From Leucoraja erinacea (Eukaryota), in contig NC_073399.1 in NCBI RefSeq assembly GCF_028641065.1, positions 19,654,001-19,718,000 on the forward strand: a stretch of DNA of 64,000 bases, written 5' to 3'. How positions within the stretch are numbered: position 1 is the first letter of the stretch; each line of letters opens with the position of its first letter. Below the pieces are notes generated by a model that had not been told where the DNA came from, did no database searches, and saw only the letters and a program-made list of their open reading frames with translations. Of this stretch, positions 49,851 through 63,009 are shown one piece after another. The position numbers and the translations under genes are program-made.

Positions 49851-50392
49851 ACAACTCATTGCTAAATCGCAGGTTAGGAATTAGTGCAGTTTTAGTATCA
49901 CGTTGTGGTATGCATATCATCCTTTGACAGCATGCGGTAGCGAGTTACTAGGGTAGTTATTATGTGGTTGGGGATATGTAATTATATTGGGGGTGGGGTC
50001 CAGAGAGGATGTGTTTGTATCGCTTGAAATGGAGAAGAAAGAGTTTAATGAATATTCAGGGCTTTGATTGTAAGAAACTGTTTCTAATAGAAGAGTATTG
50101 AGGACTGGAGTGCAGCTGTTAAATGAGAGGTCAAATGAGTAAATTTTATGAAAGTTGTGACCCAAAAAGGGTGTGAAAGGTATTATGTGATCTGCATCTG
50201 AAGAGGAATTGAGTAAATATTCGAAAGGAAAACAAAGTTTGAGTAAAATGGGGCAAACTTATTTTGAAGAGCTATGGTTCCTACCATAGGAACTAAACGC
50301 CCTATGTGATTCTGTGCTAATATTGTCAGTGTTTTAGATGTCTCTGGCAGTGTGTTGGTTAAGTGGAACTATCTTTGCCCGTGAGATTGCTT

Positions 50393-50878
50393 TTAGTTAT
50401 AGCGAGGAAATAAATCTTTCGGCGCACTGAGTCTGCGCCGACCAGCAATCACCCTGCACACTAAATCTATCCTACACACCAGGGACGATTTACAGAAGTC
50501 AATTAATCAATTAACAATTGAGGCTAGTTCATTGGCTATATTTAAGAGGGAGTTAGATGTGGCCCTTGTGGCTAAAGGGATCAGGGGGTATGGAGAGAAG
50601 GCAGGGATGGGATACTGAGTTGGATGATCAGCCATGGTCATATCAAATGGTGGTGCAGGCTCGAAGGGCCGAATGGCCTACTCCTGCACCTATTTTCTAT
50701 GTTTCTAACCTGCAAACCTGCATGTCTTTGGAATGTGGGAGAAAACTGGAGCACCCGGAGAAAACGCATGCAGTCACAGGGAGAACGTACAAACTCCTTG
50801 CAAACAGCAAGTCGGGATCGAACCTGGGTCCCTGGTGCTGTAAGGCAGCAACTCAATTGCTGCACCACTGTGCCGCCC
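50393..50878 (-). mobile_element. V-SINE (HE1-like) interrupted by a CR1 tip
   Basis: Head GGGCGGCACAGTGGTGCAGC...GGTTCGATCCCG on the minus strand; V-domain. Confidence 0.85.
50520..50706 (+). mobile_element. Young CR1 3' tip inserted into a V-SINE
   Basis: Matches 44773-44960; SINE sequence on both sides. Confidence 0.85.
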
Positions 50879-51392
50879 TAACCTAGATTGCTCTCCCCTG
50901 TTTTGTCCCTTTGATCTTTGCAGATGGTATGATGTGGATGAGATTATGTTTGATCAGGATGATGTGTTTTGAAAAGTCTAAGGCTGCTTGCATTCAATAG
51001 GTTAGCCTGACAAAATGTTGCACCTTTTAAATTTTAGTACTAATGCTGCTGATTTTTAAATCAACAAAGGTTTTAAATCTGCAACTTGGATTGATTACCC
51101 TGTCATGCTGATATTTTGTAGCATGGACTCTGAAAGAGACTATATGTTAGATGAGAACTTTGGTTCACACACTTGTGTTGAGCTAGTGGATAGGTGACTG
51201 ATCATCTATTGCTCTGCTCAAGCCTGTGAGTCTGGCTCCTTACCCATCAGGGACAAGGCTACAGGTGCTATTCTTAGTTGTTAATCTCCAGTTTATGTAT
51301 TCAAGCACTGGTGGCAGGGTTTAACCTGGGACCTCCCAGATCTGTGGCCTTGGACCTTGCATTTACTGAGTGAGCCAAGAGGGTGAGAATGT

Positions 51393-51750
51393 CGACACAA
51401 AATACTGGAGTAACTTAGCGGGTGAGGCAGCATCTCTGGAGAGAAGGAATGGGCGACGTTTCGGGTCGAGACCCTTCTTCAGACTGATGTCGGGAGGGGG
51501 CGGGACAAATATAGAATGTAGTCGGAGACAGTAAGACTAGTGTGAGAACTGGGAAGGGGATGGAGAGAGAAAGCAAGGGCTATCTGAAGTTGGAGAAGTC
51601 AATGTTCATGCCGCAGGGGTGTAATCTACCCAAGTGAAATTTGAGATGCTGTTCCTCCAATTTGCGCAGGGCCTCACTCTGAAAATGGAGGAGGCCCAGG
51701 ACAGAAAGGTTAGATTGGGACTGGGAGCAGAAGTGCTGAGCCACCGGGAG
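51393..51750 (-). mobile_element. Penelope-like 3' end with the best-preserved hammerhead-like motif
   Basis: Minus-strand CTGAAGAAGGGTCTCGACCCGAAACGTC at 51455-51482, downstream of an endonuclease C-terminal remnant. Confidence 0.85.
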
Positions 51751-52413
51751 AGGAGGAGAATGCTCTCTTCATTAAACAATGCCTTGTAAACCTGATGGGT
51801 TTTTTCCATATGAACTAGGTGTCTTATGTTCTAAGTGATTATTATATGAAACATTCCAATGTCTTTGGACATGACTCGTGCAACTTGATTTTTCTTGTAC
51901 TCACTAAACTGCAGCTCCTCTTGAACTGCTGCATTTGTCCTAGTCTGCAGAAAGTTTAGGACACAGGTTTAGGATATGGGCATTCATGGACATTTTCAAT
52001 TCCTCTCCCTATGTGAAGATCTCCTCTGGACCTGCTTCCCTCTGAAATCCTGTTACTCTTCTTGTTATGGCCAGATATTCACCTTTTTCATTCTATCTCG
52101 TGGATTGGAAGCTCTTGTATTCCCTTTCTAAACTCAGTCTCACTCCACCTTTGAGCGTTTCTTGCAAATGGGACCTTTGAATCAAGCTTTGTCTGCCAGT
52201 GTTCTTGGCCCATATAATGACTGGAAGAGGGGACAGAGTTCAAGGTGTCTATGTTTGCTGATGACAGGAAAACTGGTGGAAGAGCAGGTTGTGATGAAGA
52301 CATTGTGATTCTTCTGCGACAGGGTATTGATTGAGTGCGTGGGCAAACACGAGGCAAATGTAGTTTAACCTGGGAAAATGTGAGGTCGTTCACTTCAGTA
52401 AGTGGAGATCGAA

Positions 52414-53056
52414 TAGCAAAAGGATTTGTAGCAAAAGGATTTGAGTATAGGAGCAGGGAGGTTCTACTGCAGTTGTACAGGGTCTTGGTGAGACCACACC
52501 TGGAGTATTGCGTACAGTTTTGGTCTCCAAATCTGAGGAAGGACATTATTGCCATAGAGGGAGTGCAGAGAAGGTTCACCAGACTGATTCCTGGGATGTC
52601 AGGACTGTCTTATGAAGAAAGACTGGATGGACTTGGTTTATACTCTCTAGAATTTAAGAGATTGAGAGGGGATCTTATAGAAACTTACAAAATTCTTAAG
52701 GGGTTGGACAGGCTAGATGCAGGAAGATTGCTCCCGATGTTGGGGAAGTCCAGGACAAGGGGTCACAGCTTAAGTATAAGGGGGAAATCCTTTAAAACCG
52801 AGATGAGAAGAACTTTTTTCACACAGAGTGGTGAATCTCTGGAACTCTCTGCCACAGAGGGTAGTCGAGGCCAGTTCATTGGCTATATTTAAGAGGGAGT
52901 TAGATGTGGCCCTTGTGGCTAAGGGGATCAGAGGGCATGGAGAGAAGGCAGGTACGGGATACTGAGTTGGATGATCAGCCATGATCATATTGAATGGCGG
53001 TGCAGGCTCGAAGGGCCGAATGGCCTACTCCTGCACCTAATTTCTATGTTTCTATG
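52414..53056 (+). mobile_element. 5'-truncated young CR1 nested in an older CR1 (about 52200-53760)
   Basis: Near-identical to 44342-44960; TTTCTATG tail. Confidence 0.92.
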
Positions 53057-54639
53057 AATGGCGGATTATTATCTAAACGGAAAGAAACTATGATTAAGTA
53101 ATGTTCGGGGAGATTTAACTGTTCTATGCACGATTCACTGTTAGCAGGCAGGTGCACCAAGCAGTTGGGGCCTTTATTGTGAATGGGTTGCGGGGTTTGA
53201 AATGGGGAAGGTTTCCAACAGCTGTACTGGCTGTTGATGAGGCCACACCTGGAATTCTACTCGCAGCTTGGTGTTTTTGCCTAAAAAAGGATGTAGAATC
53301 ACGGGAGCAGTCCAAAGGAGATTCACCCGGTTAATTCCTGAGAATTATTGTCCTTTCAAAAGAGGCTAAACGGGCTGTGGCTGTATTCCCTGGAGGTTTG
53401 GAAGAATGAGGGGTGATCTTATTGAAACATACAAGCTCCTAAGGGGGGTGTGACAGACAGGGTGGATGTTGAGATGATTTAGCTGGAGGGAGAATGGTGA
53501 ATGACGGATCACAATATTAGGGTAAGGGGCTGGTTACTTAAAGCCAAGGTATGTAGAAATCTCTGGAATTCTCTACCCCAGAGGACTGTGCAGATCAGCT
53601 CTGTAGAAGAAATTAAAGTGGGAGGTAGGAAGGTTTTTGAAAGATTGCGGGATTCAGGGCTTTGGGGAGAGGTTGAGGCCAGGGATAAATCATCCATGAT
53701 CATATTGAACGGTGGGATAGGCTAGAGGGGCCGAGTGGCCTGCTCGTGTACCTATGTTACGGTGATTGTTATTGAATGTTGTCATAAGTGTGAAAATAAT
53801 TCTCTTGCCATTCCTTTTCCCTAAAGACATCTCTTCACAAGCTGCTATTTGAGTGTGACTCGCTGCCCTTCACAACTAACCAATGGCCCTTGTTGTGTAC
53901 CGTCAGCACATTCACTGGTGAGAGTAAGCACAGTGGCGCTAACTGCTGTTCTTACTGTGGCTTTAGATCACCAGCAATAAACATGCAGCAGATCTGGGAA
54001 TCCTCCCTGTTCAATCTTTGACCTGCTTGGGGACAAAGTGCAGAGTTGTTTACAGTTCAGGAGTGTGTATTGGGATTCTTGCCGCTGTGGTATCAAGCTT
54101 GTTTTTATGTTAGCATACGACATTGAACCTACATTTTTTTGCCATAATCCAAGAGTTAAATATTAACACCTCTGAAAAATAGTTTGTGTAATGTCATGCT
54201 TTGGAGATAATTTCAGTTAAATTACCCTGGTATTTGGACTTCTCCCCCAACAAACCCTGGGCTGCTGACTATTAACAGATTCCGTTGAACTTTGATGCTG
54301 CGTGAGGACTAGCATTTGCCCAGATAGTGGTGTGGACGATGGGTGCTTTTTTTAATCTTTTTTTAATGTCTTCAGCTATTAACAATAACAACTACTTGAA
54401 CATGTTTGGCATCTTCTGTCAAAGTTGAATTAGGAAAATGTAGTAAGGACACAATAGAGGGAGCTTTCAGGGGTTTAAGTAGAGCTTTAGTGTATTCTCC
54501 AATGCTTGACAATCCTGGCAGTGAAGGCATTAACTTCAGCTATGATCCAAGACGATGGTGGCCTTCTATTGTAACTACCTGTAACCATTTTAGGCATCTA
54601 TCAGCCCAGGGCAGATATCGTCACATGTATGATAATGGG

Positions 54640-56630
54640 TAAAAGCATTTTTCTTCCTTGGGTTGCCAGGGCAAGGGCACATTGGATAAAGGTTGCAGGG
54701 AGCATGGGTTATGGCGTAGACAGTTGAGAACTGGAATTAGTTTGGATACATCTCAGAAACGCTAAGGGAGCAAAAACACTAATGGGAATTATATACAGAC
54801 CCCAAACAGTTATGTGATGTTCGGCTTGATGGCTAATCAGGAAATTTGCCGTGCTTTTTTCAAGGATAATATAATAACCATGCGGTCTTCGGTGTTGGTG
54901 AAAATGTTAAACAAATTGAATTCATAAGAAATGTTTTCCTAGACCAGTTTATTAAAGAACTAAAGAGAGAGCAGGTTATTTTATAGCTCATATCGTGCAA
55001 TAAGAAATGGTTAATTACTTTATGGGAATGATCATAAAATGATGGAATTTCATATTCAGATCGAAAGTGATTTATTTCCAAACATGCCAGTCAGTGCCTT
55101 AAATCTTATCAAAGTGAACTCCAAAGGTCTGAGATGAGTTGGTTAGAACAGTTGGGAAAGCTACATTTAAGATATGGCAACAGAACATAATGGCTAATGT
55201 TTAAATAAATAATATTGAGTTTATAACATATATGTCCCCTTCACTAATCAAAATCCCAACAGAAATGGTTTGGTAATGGTTAACACAACGTTGGGGCGTA
55301 TGGAGAAGAGTTATCATTTTGCCAAAAAAGACCAGTCGGTCTGGGAAAAGCACAGTGGCAGAAGAGTAAAATAGGAGAGGAATCTGGCAGGACACGAAAC
55401 TGACTTGTGAAACCTACTGTGGATAAGGAAAGATTATCAAAAATTAATATAACCCAAAACAACAACAATTGTTTTGGGAAATGAGGGAATTGCAGTGAAG
55501 TTAAATATTCTGTGCCAATCCTTGTGGAAGTAGACCCCAAAATCCTCTTAGGAACAATGAAGAACATCTCAACAGAAAGTGACATCAAATAAATGGATAT
55601 TAGTTGCAAAAATAACTAGTGGAGAATTTAATCGCACTAAAACCAGAAAATCGTCAGGTCATGATAACCTGCATCCTAAAATATTGGAAGAGGTGGCAAT
55701 AAAAACGATGGTGGTTGTAATCTTCCAAAATTCCCCAGATTCAGCAATGGTTCTTTTTGATTAGAAGGGAGCAAATGTGACCTAATGAAGAAAAGGAGAG
55801 GCAAAATGAAGCATTTTATATGTGAAATTTAGCAGGGAGTAAGTAGTAGGGTTATCACACTGTTATGGTGTGATAACACTTGGAGATTAATAATGGGATT
55901 GGCCAAGGTCTACAACAATTTATGACTGGGATAAATCCTCTTGCTGTGGTGCAGTTGTGAGCACAGATGGGCAAGGCTGAGCCAGTGGATGCTGTGGGTT
56001 TGGACTTTAAGGGGCCTTAGATAAGATGCCACTCAATTATTATACAGCATTAAGACTAACCAGGTCTTTGTGCTACACCAGTGTGGTTTGGAGGATTGAC
56101 TAATGGATAGGAAACACACTCGGGTCATTTTTGGTTTGGAAGCCTGTAACCAGTGAGGTGTCACAGGGATCACTGCTGGGTTCTTTTTGTATTAAATGTA
56201 TCTTCTTCAAATGTATCTCAGTAATGTTCGTTGATCAGAAAAGTGTAGTATATTAAAGTTTGCTGATGATACAGAGTGGGTTGTGAGGAGGGAAAGTGAA
56301 TGAGGGAAGGGATATTGCAGATGGAATATCATGTGACAAGTTCGGAGATCGTCCACTTTGGAAGAAATGGCAAGGGATAGAAAGCATTGCTTGGAAATCC
56401 AACAAAAACATTTAGGATGGCAAATAGTTTATTGTCATTTTTGGTGCGGAAGGACTTAAGTGCAAGAGTAAGATATTGTACTCCAGTTATAAAGGGCCCA
56501 CTTGAGGACATAGGTCTGGTGTCTCTACCTAGGTATGAATATGTTTTCAAAGAACAGCCAAGGGTTGATTCCCGAGTGAAGGGTTGTCGAGTGGAGAAGC
56601 TGAGCATTTGTTCTCTAATATTCAGTAAGA
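54640..56630 (+). mobile_element. Highly decayed CR1 ORF2
   Basis: Remnants such as KSSGHDNLHPKILEEVA, a GVSQGSLLG-like segment and KFADD. Confidence 0.65.
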
Positions 56631-56635
56631 TGAGA

Positions 56636-56870
56636 GGGCAGCACAGTGGTGCAGCTGGTAGAGCTGCTGCCTCACAGCACCAGACCCGTGTTCAACCTGT
56701 GACCACGTGGGCTTGCTCCAGGTGCTGGGGGTTTCCTCCCACACCCCAAAGATGTGCCAAATGTTGTGAATTGCTGCTTGGGTGTGTAGGTGAATGGTAG
56801 AATATAGAGGTAGTTTAAAAAACATGTGTAGAATACAAATTGGGGTTAATGTGGGATTAGTATTAAGGGG
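56636..56870 (+). mobile_element. V-SINE (HE1-like), degraded
   Basis: GGGCAGCACAGTGGTGCAGCTGGTAGAGCTGCTGCCTCACAGC head; GGTTTCCTCCCACA. Confidence 0.75.
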
Positions 56871-57545
56871 TGTCCTGCACCTAACTACATTTATCCATTC
56901 TTACATCCACGTAGTTAACATAATGACCCTATATTCCACAATATTCCTCCAGCAGCATCATTGAAATGAACTTTATTTTGCAAAGTCTTTAGTAGGTCAC
57001 AGGGAAAGTTTAATGGAAATGTGTGTGGCAGGTTTGTTTCCCCCACACAGAGTGGCGGGTGCCTTGAATAAGCTACCTGGGGTTGGATTGGAAGCAGATA
57101 TGATAATTGTCTTTACGGTTTGAGGTAGGCACATGGGTATGCTGCAAATGGGGCGATTATAGATCTCATGCACGCAGCAGAGATTAGTTTGACATGGCGT
57201 CGTGTTTGGCACAGACATTGTGGGCTGAAGGGCCTGCTCCTGTGCTGTACTGTTCTATGTCCTGTGATTGTTCTATGAGTCCAGGCACATTGTAACTGGA
57301 TGTAGCCAGGGATTACTGTCAGCTGAGATCGGGAGACATTGTTGGAAATAATGGGGAGGGGTTGGGGGGGGGGGGGGGGGAGCAGATGGGAAACTAGCTC
57401 TTGTGTACACATCTCCATGTTTTCCCACTGTTGAGCTGATCACGAGTTGATGTTGGTTCCCATCCAGCCGTGTTATCGTACTGTGTTTAATGGAAGGGTT
57501 AGACTGTCTTCTCATTACAGTTGCCACAGTCGGCCGACCACTTCA

Positions 57546-57574
57546 GATTCAGATTCAGATTCAATTTTAATTGT
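57546..57574 (-). mobile_element. 29-bp Rex1-type 3' tail insertion with 19-bp TSD
   Basis: TSD CAGTCGGCCGACCACTTCA at 57527-57545 and 57575-57593; insert is the reverse complement of ACAATTAAAATTGAATCTGAATCTGAATC. Confidence 0.88.
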
Positions 57575-59363
57575 CAGTCGGCCGACCACTTCATCACAAA
57601 AGCACTGACTCAGTAATGAGTAGCAAGAACTGGGCTACAAACTTGATGGCTGGGTTTTACCTTTGCCTTCTCTGGGGAGGGAGGGGAGGCAATGTGGTTG
57701 GCTGGCAGATAGGTCCAGTCCTCTCTCCATGTGCCTTGGAGTCACTTTTGTAGCTGGATATTTGGATAGCCCTCAGTCAGTGGTGCTGTTTAGGTTTCAA
57801 TAGGTTAAATACTGGTGTTTTATTATTCCTTTTTGTTACACATACATCAGCCATGCCTCAGTTGGCAGCAAGAGCTTGATCAACAGTTTTCTTTGAAAGT
57901 TTTGCAATGCTTCCTTTGTGGTATTCTGATCAAACGACTGAGGCATTTAGTTCGACAAGGCTCGTCTGGTGACCCAGAATCGCTTTGGCGCTGCCCGAGT
58001 AGAATGAACAATGGATTGCTAGTTACAGTGAAGCCACAGTAGGCTTCCTGTGGCTGAGAGCATTGATGTATCACGCTGGAAAACCCCACTCCAGCACCTC
58101 ATCATACTGACATCTCCGTGTGCAAGTCCTCCCTCTCTCTACCTTCATTTGTCTTCCATTATTTCACAAGCTGCCACATGATATACATTGGTTGGTTTTG
58201 TATGAAAGATAAACTGTCAGCCTTCCTCAGAAGTGTTTGATGACAGAGGCGTCAAACCTTTTTCACAATTTGGGCACATTTGTCCATTCTTTACAGTCCA
58301 ATAGATGGTATGGAACTGCAGTGACCACTATAATTTTGGTCATCTGAGACCATGAATCTCTTTTTAGCTTTGTTCTTGAGACCACGAGTTTGATTTTTGC
58401 TTTGGCCACTTTGCGATGGTGTCCAGTAATCCTAGGTTCACAACCTGGCAGAGGAACATTGCTACTGAAGTGAAACACTGCAGAAATTGCAAATCAAAAC
58501 CAAAGGCACAAAATGTCAAAATCACTTGTCAACATGCGTTGGGAGTGGAACAGAGTTGATGATTTGTGCCCTTTAGTAGAACCCTGTGATGAGTGATCAA
58601 TAGGACCCCTGTCTACAAGAGGGAGCCAAGAAGTTCCGCTCAGCCGGTCCTATCGTAACCTCCCACCCCCTTCCCAAATCCCAACTCATGCAGCCAGCTC
58701 CAAAATCCGTCTCATCAAACGCCTCCAATCGCCGGCCTAAACCAGGGTGGAAGCAAGGCGGCTTCTAGCTCTCATGGCACTGCCTGATGTGGCGAAGAGG
58801 CCACTCTAAAGCTCATGTGGTTGAGCTGGGGGAGAATGTACACTGAGTACTTGTTAAGTTGAACAGTGAACACTTGGGCTGCTGTGGCTCACGGCTGTTG
58901 CAACATAGAAAGGTGCCTCTTGGCAAATCCAGTGCGTTTATATTTATCCGGTTTGTTCAGATAGTTCGATTCGCATGTCATGTTCCTACACGCTTTAATC
59001 GCCGGATCCAATTTACATTGGTGATCGAGAGCATCTATACCGGCTGTCTTCGCAAAGATACATCTCTGTCTCAAATCATTGACCCTTGCACTTGGCCCTA
59101 AATCCTTTGCCCCAGAGAAAGTACTGTCCAATTTAGTATTTGATTTGTTAGGTCTGAAAATCAATTGACTGGCACGTGTCATGGCCAAGGGAGAAGGTGT
59201 GGTGCTCCCTGCAATGTGACTGATCTGGTCTCCAGTTGTCATTGGGTTTGTTTTACACAATTCCAATTTCTGCTTTATAATAAACGTTGTACCCTTTCTT
59301 GACAAAGGCAGGGCTACTGACCTCTCCAGCTAAAGCAACCTGCATTGATGCGGACCCTTTAAC

Positions 59364-59384
59364 GTGTGTGTGTGTGTGTGTGTG
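59364..59384. repeat. (GT)n microsatellite
   Basis: Direct reading. Confidence 0.9.
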
Positions 59385-59830
59385 ACAGCACAATGCTTGG
59401 CTATTGATAATAGATACAGGTGAAGGAGGTTTTTGGTAGGCAGATGTTGGACAAAGGCCAGAGATGAAAAGACAAAAGATGGGAGATATGGATATAAGTG
59501 TTGTGAATTGTGAAGCCAGAGAAAGGAATGGTGGGGGAGAGGAGAGAGATGGTGCATATGAGAATATGAGGTGCTGTTCCTCTAGTTTGCATGTGGCCTC
59601 TCTCTGGTTATGGAGGAGGCCCAAGACAGAAAGGTCAGTATGGGGAACAAGGAACGACAGGTGCTGGTTTACAAAAACAAATACACGGTGCTGGAGTCGG
59701 TGTGGGGATGGGAAGTTGAGTTGAAAGAGTTAGCAACCAGGAGATCCAGTAGGCCTTGGTAAACCGAGCGCAAGTTTTTAGCAAAACAGTCGCCAAGTCC
59801 ACGCTCAGTCTCACCGATGTAAAGATCCCA
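59385..59830 (-). mobile_element. Penelope-like GIY-YIG remnant
   Basis: LYIGETERGLGDCFAKNL and GLLHNQREATCKLEEQHLIF. Confidence 0.8.
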
Positions 59831-60899
59831 ACTGGACATGTACTTGCTCACTCCCTCTGGCCTGGTACTGGACTTTGGTCTGTGGAGTGATTTTATTATT
59901 TTAGTCACTGGTGCCGTGGGTGTTATCCACCCAGGCTGGGGTTTAACAAGCAGCCCTTCACCACACCAGGTGTTTGTGAGAAGGAGGCATTGCCACAATG
60001 GATTATTTTGAGTTGAAGGATGAGTGCAATTGTAGCCAAATTGCCTGCCCCTGACTACTTTTCAGATGCCCATCAATGAATCTTGTGCTTAAAGTACAAG
60101 CACCAGATCTATGGTGGTGCAACTGTATGCTTGTGCAACTTGTTAAGAAGGATTGGTTGTGCTGGGCATCCATAAACTGCTTGCCTGCTGTATTTGTAGT
60201 GAAGACTGTAGCCTGAGGTTGGTTGTGTGAGCAACTGCACAATGGAAGAATATGGGCTAAATGCAGGCAAATGAGACTTACCCAGAATGTCAGATTGGTC
60301 ATCATGGACAAGATGGGCCTGTATCTGTCCTGTACAGCTCTGACTCTATGATTCTATATGTGCACTTGCATGCTACAACGTTCACTCGCTTGTGTTTGAG
60401 TCGTGTGCACAGGAATCTCATGCACAGATTTATGCCAATGATTTCCAGCTGGAGCTCGAGTGTGTGTCTTCCTTTTATTGTACATCTGAAGGATTTGACC
60501 GGCTTTGTTTCCTGATGTTCCAGTGTTCTCTTTGTATGAAGACAAGCCAGAACAGTCTTGCAGAAAGTGATGTGGAAATCCTTCCTTCCGGATAATCAGT
60601 TTAAACTTGTGAACCATTGAATCCTATGTGCCTGTGTTTGTGGGAGATGAGCTGAAGGTGATTCTCTTGCGGCGCATGGTAATCATCCTTGCCCAAAGAG
60701 GATGTGGTAACCACAATTCCTTCTTCCTCTTTATTCCTCCGCAACCTCCTCTCTTAATCTCTGTCACCTCCTCTATCCCAACCCCCCCCCCCCTTTGAGA
60801 TCCGAGTGCTCCTCTAATTCTGGTCTATTCCTGTTTTTAATTTTGGGTCGACAGTGGAAGGAATAAGCAGCTTCAGCCAAGGACTGAGTCCGGGCCAGT

Positions 60900-61280
60900 T
60901 GTTTTCCGTGGGTTCACCCTCAGGAAGGCCGATCTAACTTCTGCAACAGTGCCATGGGGAAAGGCACACTCGAGTCTGACAGGACTGATGTCGTCACCCT
61001 GTTGGCCTTCTATTCAAAGCGAGCATAGAATGCATTAATTTCATCAGGGAGGGCCGCCCTATCGTCAGTGATGCGGCCTGCCTTTACTTTGTAGCCCATT
61101 ATGGTATTCGGGCCTTCCCATAGTCGACGGGTGTTTGAGTGGTGATACTGGGACTCGGGTTTGTCCATGTATTGTCTCTTGGCATTTCGGTTGGCTTTCT
61201 TGTACCGTTTGGGATTATTAGATTTGTATGCCACAGTCTTGGCCTTCACCTGGGAATGGATCTTGCTGTTCATCCATTGC
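60900..61280 (-). mobile_element. Rex1-type LINE internal fragment
   Basis: AKRQY...RRLWEG...LPDEINAFYARFE. Confidence 0.75.
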
Positions 61281-61730
61281 TTCCGGTTGGGGGAACACTT
61301 GGATTGTCGTCTTCGGCATGCATCCCTCTATGCACTGGTGAAGTGGTGTACCATGGACTTGTTAACTAATTCTGTTTTTTCACTAATGTCTCCTTGGTGT
61401 GCAGTCTTTTTCCTTTTCACTGTTTTGTAAAGTGTATGCATAAATTATGTTTTCTTGTGTTGTCTGAGTCTGTGGGCCTGTGCAGCTGCTGCAAGCAGGA
61501 TTTACATGGCACCTATACCTCAGCGTACTTGTGCATATGACAGTAAACTAGATTAAAACTGTAAATTTAGGAATGCCCTTCAGAAGCCCTGCTAACTCTA
61601 CCGGTCGGTCATTGCTGCTCTACAATACTTCTCTGAGCTGTTGGTCATCTATCCCCAATATCCGTGCATGGTCTTTTGTTATTTGTGGCCCTGTAAAGCA
61701 TTTTGGAACATGAAAAGCACAACATAGTGC

Positions 61731-62168
61731 AAGACTGGATAGACTCGGCTTGTACTCGCTAGAATTTAGAAGATTGAGGGGAGATCTTATAGAAACTTAC
61801 AAAATTCTTAGGGGGTTGGACAGGCTAGATGCAGGAAGATTGTTCCCGATGTTGGGGAAGTCCAGAACAAGGGGTCACAGTTTAAGGATAAGGGGGAAAT
61901 CTTTTAGGACCGAGATGAGGAAATCATTTTTCACACAGAGAGTGGTGAATCTGTGGAATTCTCTGCCACAGAAGGTAGTTGAGGCCAGTTCATTGGCTAT
62001 ATTTAAGAGGGAGTTAGATGTGGCCCTTGTGGCTAAAGGGATCAAGGGGTATGGAGAGAAGGCAGGGGTGGGATACCGAGTTGGATGATCAGCCATGATC
62101 ATATTGAATGGCCGTGCAGGCTCGAAGGGCTGAATGGCCTACTCCTGCACCTATTTTCTATGTTTCTA
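61731..62168 (+). mobile_element. Young CR1 3' fragment
   Basis: LYSLEFRRLRGDLIETYK...FFTQRVVNLWNSLP; TTTCTATG tail. Confidence 0.9.
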
Positions 62169-63009
62169 GTTGCTGGCATACTTCAGCCAGCTCGCTGTTC
62201 TCCATTGTCTCCGGGAAGCCCTCGTGTTGGGAGCGCCAGTTCACTTTGCATTCCTTTGACTTTCTTGGCATCACGTTGTTTGTTTTGGCCTTTGGCACTG
62301 CGTTGTTCGAATCAAAGCTCAATAGATAAAGAAAAGAGTAATTGCACTTTTCTGTAACTCATTTCCAACCTTTAGGCTTTGAGGGCTTCACGACAAAATA
62401 TTTTTAGAAGACAATGATTCATGATGTTGGTAGAGGGACGGCCAACACAGCAACTTTCCACCGACATTTGATGATTTCTGGTCATTTGTTTCTCAGAGTT
62501 GGTTGAAGCTTTTTGGATTTGGCTGTAACACTGGGCAGCACCGACCCTTGTATCTCAATGGCAGGATCCACCTGTCAGTGTTTTGGTTAATTGCCCATTT
62601 CACGAATGCTTCTTGCAGAATCCCAACAGCAGAGCAGTGTTGGGCTGGACTCACTATTGATTCTCAAGAGTACTTGGAATTCACTATCTTATTGGGTGAA
62701 ATTGCTTAATTAAGATTAGAATCAATAGTGTCTGACTAAGTGTGTTTGATGTAAATCACACAAGGCCCGATTTTCCCAAGCACCCCATTGTTTTGGGATC
62801 AGATTTTGGTCATCTGCCCAGGCATTGCCATGTGCCTCATTGTTTTAATTCCCCTCTTCTGGAATGTGGCTGACGATGTCAATGCCAACATGTTTTGGCC
62901 ATCCCTAACTCTCCTTGAGAAGGGTTTGATGAGCAGCCACCTCGGCTAGTGCTGTTCTTCTGGTGAAGGTGTTCCACAAGTCTATTGGGAGGACAGTTCC
63001 TGGAAAAAA

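Noticed and set aside
56636-56705. tRNA-like sequence
   Set aside because: It is the head of a V-SINE and continues into the V-domain; no complete cloverleaf.
58889-59305. 138-aa minus-strand ORF
   Set aside because: No recognisable domain or splice support; the length is compatible with chance.
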